DNA of 64,000 nucleotides from Microcoleus sp. Aus8_D2 (GTDB lineage Bacteria; Cyanobacteriota; Cyanobacteriia; Cyanobacteriales; Microcoleaceae), in contig NZ_JAUBUN010000017.1 in assembly GCF_036702665.1 (NCBI RefSeq), positions 41,769-105,768 of the forward strand, written 5' to 3'. The notes beneath the pieces were generated by a model. That model worked only from the letters and a program-made list of their open reading frames with translations. It was not told the origin of the DNA and did no database searches. The translations under genes and the position numbers were made by a program. Below are positions 57,367 to 64,000 of the stretch, in pieces (the stretch's first letter is position 1; the number at the start of each line of letters is the position of its first letter).

Positions 57367-58398
57367 ATGACCACAAAAGCACAACTCCCAATTCCAGAAT
57401 ATTTCGACGCCCATAAAATCAGTGAAATCTGGCGAGTTCCCTATCAAGAAAGAGCGACTGAAGCTAATAATTGGGCCTGGAAACATAGTATTCAGCCAGC
57501 AGCTAGCGACGAAAAGCGAATTTGTTTGCTAATAATTGATGCCCAAAATACATTTTGCGTACCGGAATTTGAACTATTTGTCGGCGGGCGTTCCGGTAGC
57601 GGTGCTGTTGATGACAACTTGCGGCTGTGCGAATTCATCTATCGCAACTTAAACGCAATTACCACGATTGCGCCGACGATGGATACGCACACCGCTATGC
57701 AAATTTTCCATCCCATATTTTGGATCGATGATGCAGGCGAAAACCCCATTCCCGCCGCCACATTAATTACTCTAGAAGATGTGCAGCAAGGAATTTGGAA
57801 AGTCAACCCAGCCGTCGCCGATAGCATCGCGGGCGGGAATTATGCGGAACTACAAAAACACTGCCTTCACTACGTGCAGAAACTCAGCGACAATGGCAAA
57901 TTTCCCTTGACAATTTGGCCCTATCACTCGATGTTGGGCGGCATCGGACACGCCCTGGTTTCCGCCGTGGAAGAAGCGATATTTTTTCACAGTATGGCGC
58001 GCAACAGTCAAGCACTTTTTGAGATTAAAGGTGGGAATCCCTTAACTGAAAACTATTCGGTTTTGCAGCCGGAAGTGTTAGATGGGGCCGACGGAAATCC
58101 GATTGCTCATAAAAATGCTGCGTTTATTGATAAGTTGTTAGAGTTTGATGCGGTAATTATTGCGGGACAAGCGAAGAGTCACTGTGTTGCTTGGACGATT
58201 GATGATTTGTTGACTGAAATTGTGGCGCGGGATTCTATGTTGGCTAGGAAGGTTTATTTGTTGGAAGATTGTACTTCGCCGGTGGTTGTTCCTGGTGTTG
58301 TTGATTTTACTGAACAAGCAGATGCGGCTTTTTTAAGATTCGCGCAGGCGGGGATGAATGTGGTTAAATCTACTGAGTTTCAGGTACAATCAAGATAA
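57367..58398 (+). CDS. Isochorismatase-family cysteine hydrolase (343 aa)
   Basis: ICLLIIDAQNTFC (Asp of triad), catalytic Cys context GQAKSHCVAWTIDDLL. Confidence 0.6.
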   Translation: MTTKAQLPIPEYFDAHKISEIWRVPYQERATEANNWAWKHSIQPAASDEKRICLLIIDAQNTFCVPEFELFVGGRSGSGAVDDNLRLCEFIYRNLNAITTIAPTMDTHTAMQIFHPIFWIDDAGENPIPAATLITLEDVQQGIWKVNPAVADSIAGGNYAELQKHCLHYVQKLSDNGKFPLTIWPYHSMLGGIGHALVSAVEEAIFFHSMARNSQALFEIKGGNPLTENYSVLQPEVLDGADGNPIAHKNAAFIDKLLEFDAVIIAGQAKSHCVAWTIDDLLTEIVARDSMLARKVYLLEDCTSPVVVPGVVDFTEQADAAFLRFAQAGMNVVKSTEFQVQSR

Positions 58399-58420
58399 CT
58401 TAGCAACAGGGAATAAAATT

Positions 58421-58912
58421 ATGAATCCAAGTAGTCTAGATCCTATGTCTGGGCAGTTAACCCTACGTCTTCGCCACCAGCTTCCTGACCATCCAGGTAT
58501 TTATTTCGTGGTCGGTGAACGCGAACAATTATTTTATATTGGTCAAGCCAAGAACTTACGCAAACGTTGGGCAGGAGCGAGCCATCACCGCTACAAGCAA
58601 CTTGCTAGAAAAGGATTGGATAAAATTGTTATTAAATATATTCTAGCTTCCGTTTCTGAATTGAACGAGTTAGAGTGTCAATATATCGAAGAACTTAATC
58701 CCTTACTGAACTATGGGAGAGTCAAAAAATATTTGCCCAAAACCATTACCCGGTTTTCTGAGTTGCAGCGATTGCTTAAGCTTCCCAGCCAGCCTCTTTT
58801 TCCTTCAATAAAATACAAATCGCTTAATGGTCAAACGATTCCCAGAGAACCCTACGATTTATTTCGGGGTTTTGTTGCTGGTGTATATGAAAACCAGCAG
58901 TTACATATTTGA
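58421..58912 (+). CDS. GIY-YIG nuclease family protein
   Basis: HPGIYFVVGEREQLFYIGQAKNLRKR is the GIY...YIG...R motif. RBS agggaataaaatt before ATG 58421. Confidence 0.6.
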   Translation: MNPSSLDPMSGQLTLRLRHQLPDHPGIYFVVGEREQLFYIGQAKNLRKRWAGASHHRYKQLARKGLDKIVIKYILASVSELNELECQYIEELNPLLNYGRVKKYLPKTITRFSELQRLLKLPSQPLFPSIKYKSLNGQTIPREPYDLFRGFVAGVYENQQLHI

Positions 58913-58915
58913 GTT

Positions 58916-59284
58916 TTGTGCAGGCAAAATATGGGAGAACTGTTATGGAAAAGTTCTGGCCACCGTACAAAGCAAACTTTTTACATCAGTCCAGAACAGG
59001 AACTCCTAGGAAGTTGTTATTTTTTTGATACTAGACAAGTTATTTTTGCATTTGTCGAGCTATTCGATTGCAATTTAGCAGATGCCGTTTTTCAAGATAT
59101 TTATCCATATTTATTAAATTATGAGATAGCAGGGGTCACACTTAAAGGGCTTTCTAAACCTATATTTTTAAGTTCATATTTATCAAGAAACAGCACAAAT
59201 CTCGATAGCTTAGCCAAAGATTATCTGTTAGATATTGCTAAAAAATTACAACCATTGCCTGCTGAGTTTAGCCTTAAGAAATAG
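58916..59284 (+). CDS. Hypothetical protein (122 aa)
   Basis: ORF only. AT-rich region, low confidence. Confidence 0.2.
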   Translation: MCRQNMGELLWKSSGHRTKQTFYISPEQELLGSCYFFDTRQVIFAFVELFDCNLADAVFQDIYPYLLNYEIAGVTLKGLSKPIFLSSYLSRNSTNLDSLAKDYLLDIAKKLQPLPAEFSLKK

Positions 59285-59468
59285 CTAATTTGGTAGAAAA
59301 AAATATGATTAATTTGAACACTCAAAAAAAGTACCTTATTTCTAATAATGTACATTTTGATTTTTTGTTTGGTGGGGGCGGATTTTTGATGCCAGCAATT
59401 ATTGGCGTTTGTGGTTGGTGAACCCTTCGACTAGGCTCAGGGCATCGCCCGCCCCTACATTTCCTGGC

Positions 59469-60494
59469 TTATTTCCCATCCAACCTCGGCACGCCTTCCA
59501 AGAAAGGGCCGCTCAACATTAACTCAGTCATCCTATCTAATTTGCCGCTGACTTTCATTTGTTTGTCTGTTTGAAAGCGCTCGATATCTGCTGGCAAATT
59601 ACCAGAGTTATATCCTAATTTAGTCAAATAATCAACAGCTTGCTTGTCACTTAATAAAATATCAGTCGCGCGAAAAATCGGCACGTATTCATTATTCAGC
59701 CAAAATCGAGCTAAAGTTGGCCTGTCGAAATAAAAAATCTTCCCCCGCGCCGGATCGCCAATCATAGCTACACTGTCATTTATCCCCAGCAAAGCCACCG
59801 CGTGCGGCCGTTTGATAGCCCCAGTAGCCAGCGAAATTGACAGCACTCCGGGGCGATTGATTTGCTGCATTTGTTCCCAACTCGGAGTTAGTTCAATTCC
59901 CTGCATTCCCAAAGCTCTTGCTGCTACAATTAACTGCGGCATCGAAGTTCCCAAACGACTTGTGCCGGCAAAACGCGCCACACTCGATTCCGTCGCATCC
60001 ATTCCCCAACGCTTCAAAACTGTTGCTAAAGCCGCCGGCGCGCAACTGCTGTCAGATGTTTGGCGAAACACGCCATTCGGTTGCAAATTATCGATTAAAT
60101 CAGCATAAATTGGTGCCATAAAATAGGATTCAGCGCTTGTAAATCCTCCCAAGCCCAACAAGCCAATTAAAATTACTGCTATTACTTGCGATCGCGCCGT
60201 CAACCAACTTACAGTAAACCCAATCCCGCAGACTCCCATCAGCATCACCCGCAGCAGAGTCCAAGTTACTCGCATCCCGTGGAATCGCCACTCGATCGGC
60301 AAAACAGGCATTTGAGGCAGATTTAACGCCAGCAGCAGCAAGCCAATATAAAAACCCAAAAACAGCAGGGCGATCGAATTTCGGCCCTTAAACAGATCCT
60401 TAGCCGTCACACCCGATCGCACTAACGCCCTTCCCAACCGCATTCCCCAGACAAACAGCGCCGAACCCAGCAGCAGCGTTACCACTATTTCCAT
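59469..60494 (-). CDS. Membrane protein with C39-like cysteine peptidase domain
   Basis: N-terminal ~130 aa with 3-4 TM helices. Then QTSDSSCAPAALATVLKRWG (Cys active-site context like C39 QxxxxxCGxAAL) and downstream HAVALLG (His). Confidence 0.5.
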   Translation of the reverse strand: MEIVVTLLLGSALFVWGMRLGRALVRSGVTAKDLFKGRNSIALLFLGFYIGLLLLALNLPQMPVLPIEWRFHGMRVTWTLLRVMLMGVCGIGFTVSWLTARSQVIAVILIGLLGLGGFTSAESYFMAPIYADLIDNLQPNGVFRQTSDSSCAPAALATVLKRWGMDATESSVARFAGTSRLGTSMPQLIVAARALGMQGIELTPSWEQMQQINRPGVLSISLATGAIKRPHAVALLGINDSVAMIGDPARGKIFYFDRPTLARFWLNNEYVPIFRATDILLSDKQAVDYLTKLGYNSGNLPADIERFQTDKQMKVSGKLDRMTELMLSGPFLEGVPRLDGK

Positions 60495-60973
60495 GAGCTC
60501 AAAATTTTGTTGTTTAACCTAGGTTTTAACACGCACTCGCGATCGACCGTGGGGCAATAGAATAGTGAAAATATGGCACAGCAGCAAATTGCCCAATTAA
60601 CAAGACAAGGAAGACATATAGCAGTGGACAGTTGACAATTGACAGTTGCAGAGTACGGGAATCAAACCGTTTATGCTAAAGGGATCAGGACTCTATACAG
60701 CCTAAAACTTGTCAAATGTCAAGGATTTGAGTAACTTTTTTTACCAATTTGTAAAACTCCCCAAAAAGATTTAGCACCGAAAAGAATTTCCCAAACCTAA
60801 TTGCCAAAAACAGACACATCTGTCGTAAAATCGATCTAACTCACAACGCATTAAGGCAATCAACAAACCTCATAGTCGGTCAATATATTCACGCTCCAAC
60901 AAGCTAGGAGTTGTATTGAACGCGCCGATCAAAGCTCGATCAAATCTCACCACAGCAAAAAATAGGAAAAATC

Positions 60974-63742
60974 ATGCCAGCAAAAGCCGCCAACGATGTA
61001 GACGTAGCAGAGCAATATTGGCACTACTTAGAAAGATCCAAAGTTGCAAGTACGTTAGAAACCAATCTGGAAAACGGTTTAGATCCAGCAGAAGCAGCCA
61101 GCCGCCAACAGAAATTTGGGTCAAACGAACTAACAGTCAGAGCCGGGAAACCAGCTTGGTTAAAATTCATCCTGCAATTCAACCAACCTTTGCTAATTAT
61201 CTTGCTGAGTGCAGGTTTAATCAAAGCAGTAATCGGAGAATGGCTCAACGCCAGCGTCATTTGGGGAGTCACAACCACCAACGCTACTATTAGTTTCATC
61301 CAAGAAGCAGGCGCTGAGAAAAAAATTGAAGCCCTAGCCCAAGCAGTCACCACCGAAGCTACAGTCATTCGGGGCGGCAAAAAATTAAGAGTTCCCTCAA
61401 AAGAACTTGTTGTCGGCGACTTAGTAACTCTAACTTCCGGCGACAAAGTGCCCGCCGATTTGCGCTTGGTGAAAGTGCGCGACTTACAAATTGATGAATC
61501 GGGACTTACAGGCGAATCCCTTGCTGTCGAAAAAGAACTCGGACAGTCGGGAGACTTAGTTTTGCCGCAAGAAACTCCCCTCGCAGAACGCGATAACATG
61601 GCTTACGCGGGTAGTTTCGTTACCTTCGGCCAAGGTAGCGGTATCGTAATTGCGATCGCCAACAACACCGAAACCGGCAAAATTTCCCAATTACTCGATC
61701 GCCACATCGACCTCACCACACCCCTCACCCGCAAATTTAACCAATTCAGTCAAAATTGGCTCTTATTCGTCCTAGCAATGGCAACATTGACCTTTGCAGT
61801 GCGTTTAGGACGACCAGTCCCAGCCGGAGTTTCAGCCTTTAAAGAAGCAGTCGAACCCGCCGTCGCCCTCATCGTCGGCGCCATTCCCGAAGGCCTCCCC
61901 GCCGTCATCACCGTCACCCTAGCCGTCGGTGTTTCCCGAATGGCGGCCAAACACGCGATCGTCCGCAAACTCCCCGCCGTAGAAACCCTCGGCGGCGCCA
62001 CAGTCATCTGTTCCGACAAAACCGGAACTTTGACAGAAAATCAGATGACGGTGCAAGAAATCTATTCTGGCGGCAAATCCTACTCAGTTACAGGTACGGG
62101 ATACAGCCCCGAAGGTGAAATTCAACTCAACCAACTCCCAATTAGTGTCAGTCAATCTCCAACTTTGCAAGAATGTTTGCAAGCCGGAATGATTTGTAAC
62201 GACTCTCAACTGGAATTCAAAGATAATGATTGGATTGTCGTCGGCGATCCGACAGAAGGAGCTTTAATTGCTGTCGCCAAAAAAGCAGAACTAACCCAGC
62301 AAGTCTTGTCCAAGTCAATGCCGCGCCTCGATTCAATTCCCTTTGAATCTCAGTTTCAATACATGGCGACACTGCACCGAACTCCGACAAGCCACAAAAT
62401 TTTATATGTCAAAGGTTCCGTCGAATCAATTCTGATGCGCTGCGGTTCCAGTCTCGACACAGAAGGAAATCCGACAGCAGTCGATCGCGAACAAATTCAC
62501 CACCAAGTCGATGCAATGGCCGATCGAGGCTTGCGCGTCCTAGCTTTGGCTAAAAAAGTCGTTCCCGACGAACAGAACTCCGTTGCTCACTCAGACATAG
62601 AATCAGGGCTAATTTTCCTAGGACTCCAAGGAATGATCGATCCGCCGCGCGCCTCTGCGATCGCCGCCGTCCAAGCCTGCCAAACCGCCGGCATCCAAGT
62701 TAAAATGATTACCGGCGACCACATCGCTACCGCTAGGGCGATCGCCCGCCGGATGGGATTCCGCAAAACCAAACACAATAGAGAACTCGTAGCCTACACC
62801 GGCGCCCAGCTCGCCGAAATGGACAAAAACACACTAGCCGAAGCCGTAGAAGCCGGCTCAGTTTTTGCTCGCGTCGCCCCAGAACAAAAACTGCGCCTCG
62901 TAGAAGCTTTGCAGCAAAAAGGCGAAATTGTCGCCATGACAGGAGACGGCGTTAACGACGCCCCCGCCCTGAAACAAGCGGATATCGGCATCGCAATGGG
63001 TAGCGGTACAGAGGTTTCTAAGGAAGCCGCCGACATGATTTTGACCGATGATAACTTTGCGTCGATCGAGTCTGCGGTAGAAGAAGGGCGATCGGTCTAC
63101 AAAAACCTACTTAAATCCATCAGCTTCATTCTCCCAGTCAACGGCGGAGAATCAATGACAATCTTGCTCAGCACCCTACTCGGGCGAGAATTGCCGATTT
63201 TGTCGCTACAAATCCTCTGGCTGAATATGCTCAACTCGATCACCATGACTGTGCCCCTCGCTTTCGAGCCCAAGTCTCCCGGAGTGATGAAACAGCAGCC
63301 GCGCCCAGTCAACGAACCTTTCCTCACAGAAAATCGGATCAAGCGGATCTTAGCTATTTCTCTGTACAATTGGACGATAATTTTCGGAATGTTTGAATGG
63401 GTGCGTCAAGCCGATTGGGGAACTTTGCCGCTAGCCCGAACAATGGCGATTCAAGCTTTAGTAATGGGCAGAATTTTTTACCTGCTGAGTCTCAGCCAAT
63501 TGTTGCCTTCTTTGATGGCTAAATTTAGCGGTTCTCAGGAAAAAGTTAGCGGAGCTCCCGCCCTCGGTGTCGGAATTGTCGTAGCTGTAATTTTGCAGAT
63601 TATCTTTGCTAATTCTCCGTTTATCAATCGCATCTTCGAGACAGCTCCCATGAACCTAGATCAGTGGCTCATTTGCTTCGGCGTCGCGCTACCGATGATT
63701 GGCGTTGCGCTGTCTGTCAACCGCTTCGATCCCCCCAACTAA
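60974..63742 (+). CDS. pacL: P-type ATPase, type IIA calcium-translocating (PacL-like)
   Basis: TGES (LTGES), phosphorylation site [51 protein letters not shown]. 10 TM. 922 aa. Confidence 0.9.
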   Translation: MPAKAANDVDVAEQYWHYLERSKVASTLETNLENGLDPAEAASRQQKFGSNELTVRAGKPAWLKFILQFNQPLLIILLSAGLIKAVIGEWLNASVIWGVTTTNATISFIQEAGAEKKIEALAQAVTTEATVIRGGKKLRVPSKELVVGDLVTLTSGDKVPADLRLVKVRDLQIDESGLTGESLAVEKELGQSGDLVLPQETPLAERDNMAYAGSFVTFGQGSGIVIAIANNTETGKISQLLDRHIDLTTPLTRKFNQFSQNWLLFVLAMATLTFAVRLGRPVPAGVSAFKEAVEPAVALIVGAIPEGLPAVITVTLAVGVSRMAAKHAIVRKLPAVETLGGATVICSDKTGTLTENQMTVQEIYSGGKSYSVTGTGYSPEGEIQLNQLPISVSQSPTLQECLQAGMICNDSQLEFKDNDWIVVGDPTEGALIAVAKKAELTQQVLSKSMPRLDSIPFESQFQYMATLHRTPTSHKILYVKGSVESILMRCGSSLDTEGNPTAVDREQIHHQVDAMADRGLRVLALAKKVVPDEQNSVAHSDIESGLIFLGLQGMIDPPRASAIAAVQACQTAGIQVKMITGDHIATARAIARRMGFRKTKHNRELVAYTGAQLAEMDKNTLAEAVEAGSVFARVAPEQKLRLVEALQQKGEIVAMTGDGVNDAPALKQADIGIAMGSGTEVSKEAADMILTDDNFASIESAVEEGRSVYKNLLKSISFILPVNGGESMTILLSTLLGRELPILSLQILWLNMLNSITMTVPLAFEPKSPGVMKQQPRPVNEPFLTENRIKRILAISLYNWTIIFGMFEWVRQADWGTLPLARTMAIQALVMGRIFYLLSLSQLLPSLMAKFSGSQEKVSGAPALGVGIVVAVILQIIFANSPFINRIFETAPMNLDQWLICFGVALPMIGVALSVNRFDPPN

Positions 63743-64000
63743 CTGGATTCCGCATTCAAAAAAGGTTCGCTCCTGAGGACTGAGCGTCCGCATCCATCAA
63801 GGACTCGCATTCGGAACGCTCGAACAAAAAAAGGTTCGCTCCTGAGGACTGAGCATCCGCATCCATCAAGGACTCGCATTCGGAACGCTCGAACAAAAAA
63901 GGTTCGCTCCTGAGGACTGAGCGTCCGCATCCATCAAGGACTCGCATTCGGAACGCTCGAACAAAAAAGGTTCGCTCCTGAGGACTGAGCGTCCGCATCC
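63742..64000. repeat. Tandem repeat, >=4 copies of a ~62-bp unit, truncated by window end
   Basis: aaaaaggttcgctcctgaggactgagcgtccgcatccatcaaggactcgcattcggaacgctcgaac repeated. Generates artefactual ORFs 63739..63930 and 63756..63998. Confidence 0.85.

Noticed and set aside
1-64000. tRNA / rRNA / tmRNA / RNase P genes
   Set aside because: Scanned all ORF-free stretches for T-loop (GGTTCGANTCC) and acceptor-stem patterns and for rRNA-like conserved blocks. None found, and the one ggttcgatcc match lies inside the MVP coding sequence.

Overview
This is a chromosomal segment from a cyanobacterium, most likely a filamentous one. Three lines of evidence support that origin. The HIP1 octamer GCGATCGC occurs dozens of times. 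There are many STRR-type heptamer/octamer/nonamer tandem repeats. The gene content is typically cyanobacterial: an hli high-light-inducible protein, Ycf66, a NifU-like protein, a GH57 glucanotransferase, glgA, hemC, lepA and pacL-type Ca-ATPase.

The window mixes housekeeping genes (lepA, hemC, glgA, rnc, signal-transduction kinases) with an unusually rich accessory load.

Accessory systems:
- A T4-phage-like RNA-repair pair, an Rnl1-type RNA ligase plus a Pnkp polynucleotide kinase-phosphatase, followed by an acidic immunity-like ORF and a Uma2 nuclease.
- A retron-type reverse transcriptase, alignable to retron-Ec86 RT, that carries a ~150-aa N-terminal extension. It sits directly downstream of an RNase III gene and a NYN (PIN-like) nuclease gene. 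No canonical msr/msd is visible upstream.
- A full-length major vault protein homolog.
- A WGR-domain giant protein paired with a SWIM zinc-finger protein.
- Two tandem AAA-like P-loop NTPases, one fused to a Gly-zipper polytopic membrane domain.
- A ParDE toxin-antitoxin pair next to an 827-bp cassette bounded by perfect 41-bp inverted repeats.
- An intact stand-alone TnpB (IS200/IS605 family) element with a degenerate remnant of a second copy beside it.

Repeats:
- At least three dispersed small-repeat or MITE-like families.
- Several long tandem arrays (78, 102, 57, 40 and 62 bp units) that create spurious ORFs.

No tRNA, rRNA or CRISPR array was found.
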